Source of the DNA: Blastocatellia bacterium
GTDB lineage: Bacteria > Acidobacteriota > Blastocatellia > RBC074
Reading direction: 5' to 3'
Assembly: GCA_046331565.1 (NCBI GenBank)
Contig: JAXLQP010000002.1
Location: 648,107-712,106, forward strand
DNA: 64,000 nt
The first letter of the stretch is position 1. Each line of letters begins with the position of its first letter. The notes under the pieces are model-generated. The model searched no databases. It was not told where the DNA came from and saw only the letters and a program-made list of their open reading frames with translations. The position numbers were made by a program, and so were the translations under genes. Positions 1-9,450 of the stretch are shown here, piece after piece.

Positions 1-1923
1 CGCCAGCGCCGCGCCATCTGAAACAATCACCCCGTCAGACAGAATTACTCCGGTGACTCTGATCACGCCGCCACTGAGGCCAATCGTCGTGGAAGTCCCG
101 GAAGTCAGCGTTGTATTGCGTGTCAGCACGCCGTTCACGAGGGAGGTGCCGTCGGCCAGAATCTGGCTCTGCGCGTATATCCCCTGCCAGTTCGTCATCA
201 GCGCGCTGCCATAAAGGAAGCAGTGATCCGTAATCACGCCTTTGCCCCAGTAACAGGTTTCGCCCGCAATCGTGCTGGCCTGGGTTGGCAGTGATTTGGA
301 AGTAATCATCGTGGCTCCGTTGGTCAGGGTGGCCGCCGTCGTTTTGATGAGCTTCGCCATGCGCGCCGCCCCGTCCACATTGAGCAGACCCGCGCCCTGT
401 TCCAGCGTATTGAAATTCTTCAGCGGCTGCGCGGTGTACATCAGAATCGCCTTGACCAGGCCGGGCGTCAGATTCGGATTGGCCTGCAGCATCAGCGCCG
501 CTGCGCCAGCCACGACGGGCGCGGCCATCGAAGTCCCGCTCAGATACATCGTCTTGTTGTTTTTGGTGCTGGTGGCCTGTGTGTCAAGCGCCGGAAAGAG
601 CCGAATCAGAGTGTTGGCCGAACTGTTTACTCCATCCGATTGCGCGGCGATCAGTTTGTTGCCAGGCGCAATCAGATCAGGCTTGATGAGATTGTCATAG
701 TGCCTGACCCCGGCAGCATCGGTGTAATAGCCGCGCGTCGGGCCGCGTGAACTGTAAGTCGTCACCATATCATCCGACCGCGACAGCGTGCCCATCGTAT
801 TGGCTGCGCCGACGGTGATCACTGACGGCTCAATGCCGGGCGAGTGAATCCCGCCATAAATTTTATTGCCGCTGATGTCCTTGCCTGAATTGCCCGCTGC
901 GGCCACGACCACAATGCCCGCATTGTAAGCGCGCCGCGCCGCCTGGCAGAGCGGATCGTTTTTATAGCTGTCCTTTGCGTAAGTGCCGAGGCTCAGGTTG
1001 ATGACGCGGATGTTGTACGCGGCCTTGCTGGTCACGCACCAGTCGAGCGCGGCAATGATGTTGCTTGAGCTGCCGAGGCCATAGTTGTCGAGCACGCGCA
1101 GGTTGAGAACATTCGCCTTGTTGGCGATGCCGCGATAGGCATTACCGGCAAAGCTCTGCGAGCCGCTGGCCAGGGTGGCCACGTGCGAACCGTGACCATA
1201 ATAATCGCTGGTCGTTTCGCTGGCGCCGGTGAAATCCCTGCTGAAAACGACATTGTTTCTGTTGGAATCCACATTGGCGTTGTGGTTGAGATAGATGCCG
1301 CTGTCGAGAATGGCCAGCCCGATGCCGCTGCCATCCAGGCTGATGCTGTTGCCCAGCAGTCCGCGCACCAGTGCCGTACCGGTTGTTTCTTCAACAAAGC
1401 CCGTCGGCTCCACCAGGCGATCCGGGCTGATGTAGGCAATCGTGCCATCGGCGGCAAGCTGCCTGATGGCAGTGCGCGGCGCTTCAATCGTCACCAGTCC
1501 CGTCGTCTCGTGCCGTCGCGTCACACGCCCGCCGAATGCTGCAAGCTTCGCCTGCAAGGCTGCGCCGGAGGAGTATTCATCGAGTCGGACGATGAAGCTC
1601 TGCCGCTCTTCAGCACTGACCTGCGCTGAGGGCAGCACGATGCCGCCAGCCAGACGAGTCGCCCGCTCAAGCTTCTCCTGCCGCACCTGCGCCAGCGTTC
1701 TGTTGCTCTTTGTCGCGGCGGGTCGTGCAGCTTCGTCCTGTACGAGCAGTTCGTCCAGATCCGGGGCGATCCTGTTCAGGCGCGGTTTGCTTTCCTCAGG
1801 CTGCCGTTTGAGCGGGCGCGGGGTTCCGGCCAGACTGCCCGCCGGATTGACGGAGAGCGAGAGAACTGCCGTCAGCGAAATCGCCAGCAGTCGGTTAAGG
1901 TGGTTGAGCTTTCTGAAAATCAT
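1..1923 (-). CDS. S8 family subtilisin-like serine peptidase, copy 1. The 3' end runs off the window start. It is a paralog of 3413..5479.
   Basis: Reverse-strand translation from the ATG at 1923 gives MIFRKLNHLNRLLAISLTAVLSLS (signal peptide). Further on it reads YGHGSHVATLASGS (the His-box) and MYLSGTSMAAPVVAGAAALMLQ (the Ser-box). The reading stays collinear with the 688-aa ORF 3413..5479. It is missing from the ORF track only because there is no stop inside the window. Confidence 0.7.
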   Translation of the reverse strand, partial: MIFRKLNHLNRLLAISLTAVLSLSVNPAGSLAGTPRPLKRQPEESKPRLNRIAPDLDELLVQDEAARPAATKSNRTLAQVRQEKLERATRLAGGIVLPSAQVSAEERQSFIVRLDEYSSGAALQAKLAAFGGRVTRRHETTGLVTIEAPRTAIRQLAADGTIAYISPDRLVEPTGFVEETTGTALVRGLLGNSISLDGSGIGLAILDSGIYLNHNANVDSNRNNVVFSRDFTGASETTSDYYGHGSHVATLASGSQSFAGNAYRGIANKANVLNLRVLDNYGLGSSSNIIAALDWCVTSKAAYNIRVINLSLGTYAKDSYKNDPLCQAARRAYNAGIVVVAAAGNSGKDISGNKIYGGIHSPGIEPSVITVGAANTMGTLSRSDDMVTTYSSRGPTRGYYTDAAGVRHYDNLIKPDLIAPGNKLIAAQSDGVNSSANTLIRLFPALDTQATSTKNNKTMYLSGTSMAAPVVAGAAALMLQANPNLTPGLVKAILMYTAQPLKNFNTLEQGAGLLNVDGAARMAKLIKTTAATLTNGATMITSKSLPTQASTIAGETCYWGKGVITDHCFLYGSALMTNWQGIYAQSQILADGTSLVNGVLTRNTTLTSGTSTTIGLSGGVIRVTGVILSDGVIVSDGAALA

Positions 1924-2304
1924 TGCTGCAGCCTTTTCGTCAGGGATGGTGAAAAGCCGGGGAGTTGAGCCTGCACGATGAGCAGGCATTCTGTCTGATA
2001 GCGAGCATTGTGCCGCTAATGATGCGGGTCACATTAACTGTGGCAGTCAGGAGAGATAATTAAAAAGCCGGGCAGCGCGCCAGGCAGCAGGCGCATTCAC
2101 TCAGTTCGTCACTCTGACTGAAATGAATGAATCAGTCATCAGGCTGACCTGAACGAAAGAGCAGACAGGATTGCGGATTGAACAGTTCAGGAAAAGCAGA
2201 ATGCTGGGTGACGGACTGAAAACAGAAAATCGCTGAAGCCTGTGCAGAATGATGAATCTGGTATCGGGCCGGGCAGGAGGTGATGAGCGCTGGTGACGGA
2301 GCGG

Positions 2305-3324
2305 CTAATTGATGCAGAGTTCCGGAGTGGCAATGACTGACTGCGCGGCGCTGTTTTGGTTCCGACCTGTTGGTACGGAACCGGCGGCTGACTTCAGAAA
2401 ACGCGCCTGGTAATCCTCGCGGTAAATAAACCCGGCCTCAGTGAGCAGGCAGATTTCAGATTCAATGGAGGCTTCGGCCAGCAGGCTCAGCCCCGCTCGT
2501 TGTTTGAAGAGTCGCCAGATCAGCTCGGTGAGACAGTGCCGGGGCAGTTCGCTGAGGCACTGGGAAGGATGTGTCCAGATGCCTTCCAGGTAAATCACCT
2601 CCGGCGTTTCGCTGGCCAGTTCAGCCTTGAAGATGACCTCGCCGTTTTCCATTCTGACCCAGGTGCGCTGGCGCAGAATGCGTTCGCTCACGCGTCGGCG
2701 AAATCCCTGCGGATCCTTCTCTCGCGGATCAATCCCGCATTCCTCAATGACCATCTCCGCCTGTACCCTGAGCACCGCTTCCAGTTCACACAGCGTCGCC
2801 GGTTGCAACTGCAACCGGGCAGGCCTGAGGGGAGAGTGATGACAGACATAAAAGTGATGATTGTTCACCAGCCGGGTTTCATAGCCCCAGGGAAAGAGGT
2901 GCTGCCAGAAGGCTTCGACCTGGAGGCGCGGGCCATAAATGAAATGACCTTCCGTCCACGTGTCGGCAGCCATCTGCGCGAAATGCCGGAAGGCGTCCTC
3001 CTCGGAATCCGGTTCAGTAAACACCAGCAACGCGTGACCGAGCAGGGCGACTCCGGCCAGCCAGTCATCCTCATAATAACCGAAGAAGCGGCCCCGGTGC
3101 GCCGGATGCGTCAGCCCGTAATCCTCGATCATGCCGCGCAGGTGAATGCTGTAAATCGGATTGTGACCGAGCAGCGTCATGACCCGCTCGTAATCGTGAT
3201 TCGACAGGGCGCGCACGGCACACTGCCGGGCGATACTGGGAAGTGCGAATGGTTCCCGGTAAACGGGCCGTCGCTCCGTTGCCGGGAAGTGCTGATTGAG
3301 CATCAGTGCCGGATGATCGCGCAT
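2305..3324 (-). CDS. Hypothetical two-domain protein, possibly a GNAT-fold N-acetyltransferase, lying between the two S8 peptidase paralogs.
   Basis: It is a 339-aa ORF. The C-terminal half (ENGEVIFKAEL...VIYLEGIWTHPSQ...LTELIWRLFKQ) resembles a GNAT acetyl-CoA binding core. I have no stronger signature than that. Confidence 0.45.
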   Translation of the reverse strand: MRDHPALMLNQHFPATERRPVYREPFALPSIARQCAVRALSNHDYERVMTLLGHNPIYSIHLRGMIEDYGLTHPAHRGRFFGYYEDDWLAGVALLGHALLVFTEPDSEEDAFRHFAQMAADTWTEGHFIYGPRLQVEAFWQHLFPWGYETRLVNNHHFYVCHHSPLRPARLQLQPATLCELEAVLRVQAEMVIEECGIDPREKDPQGFRRRVSERILRQRTWVRMENGEVIFKAELASETPEVIYLEGIWTHPSQCLSELPRHCLTELIWRLFKQRAGLSLLAEASIESEICLLTEAGFIYREDYQARFLKSAAGSVPTGRNQNSAAQSVIATPELCIN

Positions 3325-3412
3325 TGTTCATTCCTCACTGGTGAAGGGACGGCCCGGGACAGTGAGCCGGTTCAGCCTGACCTGACTGAACGGCTCACGA
3401 TGGCAGCGTTGT

Positions 3413-5479
3413 TTATCGTGGCTGCATACAGGCTGTATTGTCACCCAGCACGGCAGCATCGCTTTCTGATTTGAGTGTGGTGTCGGCGCGAGTCGTGCCG
3501 TCGGACAAAACGACGCCATCACTCAGCACGACCCCGTCGGCCAGGATGACGCCATCAGCCAGAATGACGCCATCAGCCAGCACGACGCCATCGGCCAGCA
3601 CGACGCCATCAGCGAGCATCACGCCGCTGCTGTTGATGTTCACCGCCCCGGATTTCAGACTCACTCCGGTCGAAGTCCTGCCGGACACCAGTGAGAGGGT
3701 GAAGCCGCTGACGGCAGTTGCGTCCGCGAGCACCACGCCGTTGCCGTAAATGCCCTGCCAGGAAGTCATCAGCGCGCTGCCATAGAGGAAACCGTAGTTG
3801 GTAATCACGCCCTGCCCCCACTTGAAGGTGCAGCCGAAAATCGTGCTTTGCTGAGTCGGCAGCGAGGCGGTCAGCAATGCCGCGCCATTAGTGGTCGGGA
3901 GCGTGGCCCTGACGAGTTTGGCGAGCCGCGCCGCGCCGTCAATATTGAGTTCGCCTGCGCCCTGCTCAAGCGTATTGAAGCCCTTGAGAGGTTGCGCGGT
4001 GTACATCAGAATCGCCTTGACCAGATTCGGCGTCAGCGCGGGATTGAGTTGCAGAATCAGCGCCGCCGCTCCCGCCACAACCGGCGCGGCCATTGAAGTC
4101 CCGCTCAGATACATCAACTGATCGGTAGTCGAGGCAGAGGTTTGCGGATTGAGCGCAGGATACCTTCTGATCAGGGATGTGGTGTTGTTCCAGGCGCCGG
4201 TCGCACAGGCGCCGAGCAGTTTGTTGCCTGCCGCTACCAGATCCGGCTTGATCAGATTGTCATAGTGTCTGATCCCCAGGGCGTCAGTCGTGTAACCGCG
4301 CGTCGGGCCGCGTGAACTGAAGGACGTCACAATGTCATCGGAGCGATTCGCGGTGCCCAGCATATTGCTCGCGCCGACAGTGATGACTGACGGATCAATT
4401 CCGGGCGAGTGAATCCCGCCATAAATCTTCCGGCCATTCCCATCCCTGCCATCGTTGCCTGCGGCGGCCACGATCCCCGCGTTGACGGCGCGCCGCGCCG
4501 CCTGACAGAGCGGATCGTTTTTATAGCTGTCTCTGGCCATTGTGCCGAGACTCAGGTTGATGACGCGGATGTTGTAAGTCGCCTTGTTCATCACGCACCA
4601 GTCAAGCGCCGCGATGATGTTGCTCGCCGCGCCGAGTCCCTGCCCGTCGAGCACGCGGAGGCTGATCAGTCTGGCCCCCGGCGCAATTCCGGTGTAGTCA
4701 CCACTCCTGAAGTTATCCGAACCGGCGGCCATCGTGGCGACGTGCGTGCCGTGACCGAAAATATCATTCGCGCTGCCTGATCCGGTGAAGTCCTGCCGAT
4801 AAACCACGCCCGGATGACTGGTGCCTGCTTTGATCGCGCTGTGGGTTTCATCAATACCACTGTCGAGAATCACCAGACCGATGTTGGTGCCGATCAGCCC
4901 GCTGCCGCTTGCGAGGGTACGCACCTGATCGGCTCCCATCGGATCCTCAAGGAACCCGGAAGCCACCACCGGACGGTCAGGGCTGACATAGGCAATCGTG
5001 CCGTCCGCGGCAAGCTGCCTGATGGCGGTGCGCGGCGCTTCAATCGTCACCAGTCTCATTCCATCCAGCTTCCGGCTGACACGCCCGCCGAAGGCCGCGA
5101 GTTTCGCCTGGAGCGCCGCGCTCGACGAGTAATCATCAAGCCGGACGATGAAGCTCTGTTTCTCTTCCGCGCTGACCTCGGCTGAAGGCAGCACAATGCC
5201 GCCAGCCAGACGAGTCGCCCGCTCAAGTTTCTCCTGCCGCGCCTGCGCCAGCGTTCTGCCGCTCTTTTTCACGGCGGGTCGCATTGCCTCATCATTGCTG
5301 AGCAGTTCGTCCAGATCCGGGGCGATCTTGTTCAGGCGCAATTTGCTCTCATCCGTCTGACGTTTGAACGAACGAGTGTTTCCGGCCAGACTGCCTGCCG
5401 GAAAGACGGAGAGTGAGAGGATTGCGGCAAGTGAAATCGCCAGCAGTCGGTTGCGGTAGTTGATCTTTCTGTGAGCCAT
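3413..5479 (-). CDS. Secreted S8 family subtilisin-like serine peptidase, copy 2, with C-terminal VLADGV hexapeptide repeats.
   Basis: The 688-aa ORF starts with the signal peptide MAHRKINYRNRLLAISLAAILSLSVFPAGSLAG. It carries the Asp-box ILDSGID, the His-box FGHGTHVATMAAGS, and the Ser-box LSGTSMAAPVVAGAAALILQ. The C-terminus carries about eight tandem copies of (V/I)L(A/S)DGV. Confidence 0.85.
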   Translation of the reverse strand: MAHRKINYRNRLLAISLAAILSLSVFPAGSLAGNTRSFKRQTDESKLRLNKIAPDLDELLSNDEAMRPAVKKSGRTLAQARQEKLERATRLAGGIVLPSAEVSAEEKQSFIVRLDDYSSSAALQAKLAAFGGRVSRKLDGMRLVTIEAPRTAIRQLAADGTIAYVSPDRPVVASGFLEDPMGADQVRTLASGSGLIGTNIGLVILDSGIDETHSAIKAGTSHPGVVYRQDFTGSGSANDIFGHGTHVATMAAGSDNFRSGDYTGIAPGARLISLRVLDGQGLGAASNIIAALDWCVMNKATYNIRVINLSLGTMARDSYKNDPLCQAARRAVNAGIVAAAGNDGRDGNGRKIYGGIHSPGIDPSVITVGASNMLGTANRSDDIVTSFSSRGPTRGYTTDALGIRHYDNLIKPDLVAAGNKLLGACATGAWNNTTSLIRRYPALNPQTSASTTDQLMYLSGTSMAAPVVAGAAALILQLNPALTPNLVKAILMYTAQPLKGFNTLEQGAGELNIDGAARLAKLVRATLPTTNGAALLTASLPTQQSTIFGCTFKWGQGVITNYGFLYGSALMTSWQGIYGNGVVLADATAVSGFTLSLVSGRTSTGVSLKSGAVNINSSGVMLADGVVLADGVVLADGVILADGVILADGVVLSDGVVLSDGTTRADTTLKSESDAAVLGDNTACMQPR
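3493..3640. repeat. Tandem 18-bp repeats (about eight copies of gacgccatcagccagNNN) lying inside the S8 peptidase CDS. They encode the VLADGV hexapeptide repeat.
   Basis: The tandem periodicity is visible directly in the sequence. It also generates the TTPSAS-repeat shadow ORF 3438..3749 on the other strand. Confidence 0.7.
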
Positions 5480-6331
5480 TGAATGACCATCCCTTCGGAA
5501 GCTCCCACTGCCAGATCAGATGTCTGACCAGAGGCTGGTGAGCGCATGCCCGCTGAGGCTTTCGCCCGCAGCAGACCTTTTCGGTTGACGGTACAAGGAA
5601 CAAAGTGCGCCTGCACGGCAGCAGGAGTTCTGTCTGATGGCGAATGCTGTGCCGCTGTGGTGAGGAGCAGATTAACTGTGACAGGCAGGCAGGATAATTA
5701 GAAAAGAGATGCACCGGGCTGATGATCGGTTCAATCACGGATTCAGATCAGGCTGACCGGAATGATTGAAACAGCAGTCAGCCTGACCCCGGCTGCATCG
5801 TGGCACTTTCCGGTGAGTGACAAAGCCCGAACAAAGGCAGCCCCGCTGAGGCAGCGGAATGCGCCGGGAGACTGGCAATACAACATTTTTCTTCCGCGTG
5901 ATCTTTTTGCTCTGCGTTTTTCGCGCTTCCAATGGCAGCGAGCAATCGTATGCTGACAGGCCCACAGGCTCAGGGGGAAATTCGCGGCAATGCCGACACG
6001 GAAAGCGCAGCATCAGGGTTACTTCCTGCCGTCGCGCTGTGCCGCAAGCAGGCCTGCGATGAACCGCCTGCCGGAAATTCACACAGGCCGCGCCAGGGAA
6101 TGCCGGGGGCTGACACGAAATGCTGAATCCTGCCCTGTCCAACAACAATGCGGCGAACGTACTCCAGCCTGTCGCGCCGGGCGAACGCATCGCCGCGCAC
6201 GAACGCAGGCATCTGGCGCAGGCGCAGCGCATCATTGAAACGCCCGACTTCCCGCGCTGATCAATGACAGGCCGGAATAACAACGGGCCTGATTACCTCG
6301 CAGGTAATGGCTGCGCCTCCGGGGCCGTGTT

Positions 6332-7192
6332 ATGCTCGCGGCCCCGGAGGACACCTGCATGCCTGTTGCTCAAGCAAGCGCATTCGGAGAGTTGCTGCGC
6401 CAGTGGCGCATCGCGCGGCGGGTCAGTCAGCTTGATCTCGGACTTGAAGCCGAAGTCTCGGCGCGGCACATCAGCTTTATTGAAACAGGTCGCGCGCGGC
6501 CAAGCCGCGAAATGGTGCTGATGCTGGCCGACGTGCTGGACGTGCCGCTGCGCGAACGCAACGCCATGCTGCTCGCTGCCGGATATGCGCCCGTTTATCG
6601 TGAAACCGATCTGAATGATCCGCAGGTGGCGCAGGTGCGACAGGCGCTGGAACTGATTCTCCGGCAGCACGAACCTTTCGCCGCTGTTGCCTTTGACAGC
6701 CACTGGAATCTGGTGATGGCCAACGCGGGTTACGTGCGTTTTGTCAGCCTGCTGGCGGGCGCGCCGGGTCAGTTGTTCCCGCCTTTGACCGTCCTTCCGT
6801 CGCCGCGTCCAAATCTGTTGCGCATGATGTTTGATCCTGACGGGCTGCGTCCCTGCATCGTCAACTGGGAGCCGGTCGCCAGAGAAATGATTTCGCGTGT
6901 GCGGCGTGAAGCCGCCTGGCACCAGGATGAAACATCGCGCCGCCTGCTCGCAGACCTGCTCGATTCGCCAGGCATTCCCGCCCACTGGCGCGAACCCGAT
7001 ATTGATTCGCCGCAGAAAGCTGTCGTTCCGGTTGAGCTGCGCGCAGGCGATCAGACGCTGCGCCTGTTCACTACCCTGACAACTCTGGGCAGCCCGCAGG
7101 ACATCACGTTGCAGGAACTGCGCATTGAATCGTTTCATCCGGTGGACGCCGAAACCGAAAGGATCATCCGGTCACTGGCTGAGCAGAACTGA
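6332..7192 (+). CDS. XRE-family helix-turn-helix transcriptional regulator with an MmyB-like C-terminal domain. It is divergent from S8 copy 2.
   Basis: The N-terminus carries an HTH (LRQWRIARRVSQLDLGLEAEVSARHISFIETGRARPS). The C-terminal domain is about 180 aa and is typical of MmyB-like regulators. The true start may be the internal Met (MPVAQ...). Confidence 0.7.
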   Translation: MLAAPEDTCMPVAQASAFGELLRQWRIARRVSQLDLGLEAEVSARHISFIETGRARPSREMVLMLADVLDVPLRERNAMLLAAGYAPVYRETDLNDPQVAQVRQALELILRQHEPFAAVAFDSHWNLVMANAGYVRFVSLLAGAPGQLFPPLTVLPSPRPNLLRMMFDPDGLRPCIVNWEPVAREMISRVRREAAWHQDETSRRLLADLLDSPGIPAHWREPDIDSPQKAVVPVELRAGDQTLRLFTTLTTLGSPQDITLQELRIESFHPVDAETERIIRSLAEQN

Positions 7193-7212
7193 AACGAGGA
7201 TTGAGGTGATGT

Positions 7213-7297
7213 TTTCAACGCAAAGAGACAAAGCACACAAAGGCTGCCTGCTGTTTTCGTTCAGCTTTGTGTGCTTTGTCTCTTTGCGTTGAAGCTG
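7213..7297. repeat. Long near-perfect palindrome (stem about 29 bp) of the 'caaagagacaaag' family. It lies between convergent genes and is probably a bidirectional terminator or a REP-like element.
   Basis: The left arm ttcaacgcaaagagacaaagcacacaaag pairs with the right arm ctttgtgtgctttgtctctttgcgttgaa. Related copies occur at 9481-9564 and 61087-61172. Confidence 0.6.
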
Positions 7298-7326
7298 TCT
7301 TTACAACCTGCTCCACTTCATCCGGG

Positions 7327-8292
7327 TCAGCGTTCAGCATTCGGAAAGGCAGCGAGGCGGTTATGCACCCGGCGGTCGTGCGCGGGAACAACGATCAGGT
7401 CAGGATATTTCTGCATCAACTGGTGAACTTTGATAATTGAACGCCGGACTTCGGCTTCGTCGTAATCAACCAGCCGCCGCGCCAGCCAGGGACGCTCTGC
7501 CGGAAGCTGCACGCCTTCGAGCGCCCACGTCAGATCACCCGTGAACAGGTAGCGTTTGCCCGAACGCAGATTGACGAACATGCCGGTTGAACCTTCCGTG
7601 TGGCCGGGCAGCGGCACAAAGACGATGCTGCCGTCGCCAAACAGATCAAGGCTGCGGTCAAAGTTTTCGTAAGGCCCGCTGCTGAAATCGAAGGTGCGCA
7701 CCTTCAGCCTGTCAATCATCTGATCAATCAGGCCGGGCATCCGGTGCTGGCGAATGAACTCAAGTTCGGACTGCGGCATACGCACTTCGAGGCCGGGGAA
7801 ATCCTCCAGTCCGCTGATGTGATCCCAGTGCGAATGCGAAATGAAAGCCACGCTGATCTGATCGGGGCTGAGGCCACCCTGCCGCAACTGCACAGCGACG
7901 GGCGTTTCTTTGACATAACTCGACAGCTTGCGCATCAGCAGCGGAATCGTCTTTGCGTGTTCATCAACATTCGCTCCGAACCCGGCATCAAAAAGAATAT
8001 TCGCCTGCGGATGCCGCACCAGAATCGCCGCCATGCCGCTTTCATAAGTCACGCCCCAGTCTCCGCCACGCCACGAAAAGGCCTGTTTTGAAAGCATCAT
8101 TCCGGCCTTGAGAATCGAAAGCGAAACTTCGGGCAGTTTGTCCGGCGCAGGTTTGCCATTCGTCGCAAAAGCCGCAACCGGCTGCCCCGCCACATCCAGT
8201 TTCATCGGAATGAAGGTGTAAGCGAGCAGCGCAATCAGCACAACCAGCACGCCCGTAATAACAATCAGCAACCGCTTCAGTGTTTTTTTCAT
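7327..8292 (-). CDS. MBL-fold metallo-hydrolase (metallo-beta-lactamase superfamily) with an N-terminal membrane anchor.
   Basis: The metal-binding motif HSHWDHISG (HxHxDH) is present. There is an N-terminal hydrophobic segment (LLIVITGVLVVLIALLAY). Confidence 0.8.
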   Translation of the reverse strand: MKKTLKRLLIVITGVLVVLIALLAYTFIPMKLDVAGQPVAAFATNGKPAPDKLPEVSLSILKAGMMLSKQAFSWRGGDWGVTYESGMAAILVRHPQANILFDAGFGANVDEHAKTIPLLMRKLSSYVKETPVAVQLRQGGLSPDQISVAFISHSHWDHISGLEDFPGLEVRMPQSELEFIRQHRMPGLIDQMIDRLKVRTFDFSSGPYENFDRSLDLFGDGSIVFVPLPGHTEGSTGMFVNLRSGKRYLFTGDLTWALEGVQLPAERPWLARRLVDYDEAEVRRSIIKVHQLMQKYPDLIVVPAHDRRVHNRLAAFPNAER

Positions 8293-8301
8293 CGCCTGCC
8301 C

Positions 8302-9369
8302 TCAGCGCTGAGTTTCAGAAATATGCCCAATCATCGCCAGTGGTTCATCTTTGCTGATCGGCGGCGTGCCGAGAATGTAAAGCACTTCGCCTGCGAACGG
8401 GGCGCGCAGTTCATAGACGCGCTGACCAAAGAAATCGGTCACGTAACCCATCAGCGTGCCTTTGGCGACGGTGTGGCCTTTTTCGACCAGCGGATAAAAG
8501 ATGCCGGTCGCGGCGCTGCGCAGCACTTCGCTGCGATCAATGAACATCGGATGCTCGACCATCTGCGCCTGGCCTTCGATCATTTTCAGATGACGCATGA
8601 CGTTCATCACGCCGCGTTCGATGCGCGCAATTGATTCGTTGTCGGTTGCGCCAAGGCCGCCTGATTCAATCGTAATCGCCGGTTTGCCGCGCGTCGTCGC
8701 AGTCGTCGAGCAGTAAACAGAATTTGCCGGATCGGTCGGGCGTTCGCTGTCCATGACAATGTGATCAAGGCCGAAGGCCAGCGCCATCTGCTTCGATTTC
8801 TCAACGATGTCTGCCCCGCCTGCCTTCACGTCCCAGTAACTGTAAGGCCGCAGCGATTCGTTGCCGTCGCCGCAGTGAATATCCATCACGTAATCGGCGC
8901 GTTCGATGACCTCTTTCGTAATCTGATAAGTGATGCGCTCGGACACAGTGCCGTCAGATTTGCCCGGATAAACGCGATTGAGGTTCTTGCGATCAACGGG
9001 GCTGTAATAGATCGTGCGGCCCAGAAACGACGGCATATTGGCGACGTGAACCAGAATCACCGTACCTGAAATCTGCTTCGGATCAAGGCGCGGCAGCAAT
9101 CGTTGCAGCGCCAGGATCGGCGTGTATTCATAACCGTGATTGCCCGCGATGAGCGCCAGCACCGGCCCCGGCTTTGCGCCGTGAATGACTGAAACGGGAA
9201 TGATCGTGGCTTCATCCTTGCCAGCAGGAACTTCAATCAGGCCGGATGATCTGCTGCCGGGTTGAGCAGTAATTCTGCTTACAGTAAAGCTGCCGCGCTG
9301 CTGTGCTGTGGCGACCAGCGCGAGTGATTGTATGAGCAGGACAAACAGGATGAACCTGTGCGGTTTCAT
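8302..9369 (-). CDS. Succinylglutamate desuccinylase / aspartoacylase (AstE/AspA, M14-like) family protein, predicted secreted.
   Basis: There is a signal peptide. IAGNHGYEY and DIHCGDG are consistent with the zinc ligands of the AstE/AspA family. I cannot align it, so confidence is moderate. Confidence 0.55.
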   Translation of the reverse strand: MKPHRFILFVLLIQSLALVATAQQRGSFTVSRITAQPGSRSSGLIEVPAGKDEATIIPVSVIHGAKPGPVLALIAGNHGYEYTPILALQRLLPRLDPKQISGTVILVHVANMPSFLGRTIYYSPVDRKNLNRVYPGKSDGTVSERITYQITKEVIERADYVMDIHCGDGNESLRPYSYWDVKAGGADIVEKSKQMALAFGLDHIVMDSERPTDPANSVYCSTTATTRGKPAITIESGGLGATDNESIARIERGVMNVMRHLKMIEGQAQMVEHPMFIDRSEVLRSAATGIFYPLVEKGHTVAKGTLMGYVTDFFGQRVYELRAPFAGEVLYILGTPPISKDEPLAMIGHISETQR

Positions 9370-9450
9370 GGGGTGGCCTCCATTTTGAAACGGATATTCG
9401 ACAGGCTGACAGTCAAAGGCAGCTACGCAAGTCTGCTGTCGGTCTGCTTT

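Noticed and set aside
272-1981. Plus-strand ORFs 272..700, 1183..1629, 1442..1981, and minus-strand 1032..1487 in another frame.
   Set aside because: They are antisense or out-of-frame shadows of the intact minus-strand S8 peptidase gene (1..1923). Their compositions are biased (R/A/S-rich) and carry no motifs.
3438-3749. ORF encoding TTPSASTTPSAS repeats.
   Set aside because: It is the opposite-strand reading of the VLADGV hexapeptide repeat array inside the S8 peptidase gene.
5735-6283. A 182-aa Arg/Cys-rich minus-strand ORF, and several overlapping plus-strand ORFs, in the 850-bp spacer upstream of S8 copy 2. It also contains a 47-aa protein-like reading (6120-6263, MLNPALSNNNAANVLQPVAPGERIAAHERRHLAQAQRIIETPDFPR).
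   Set aside because: The composition is typical of random high-GC ORFs. The 47-aa reading looks mildly protein-like, but it has no RBS, no homolog I can name, and falls below any reasonable evidence threshold.
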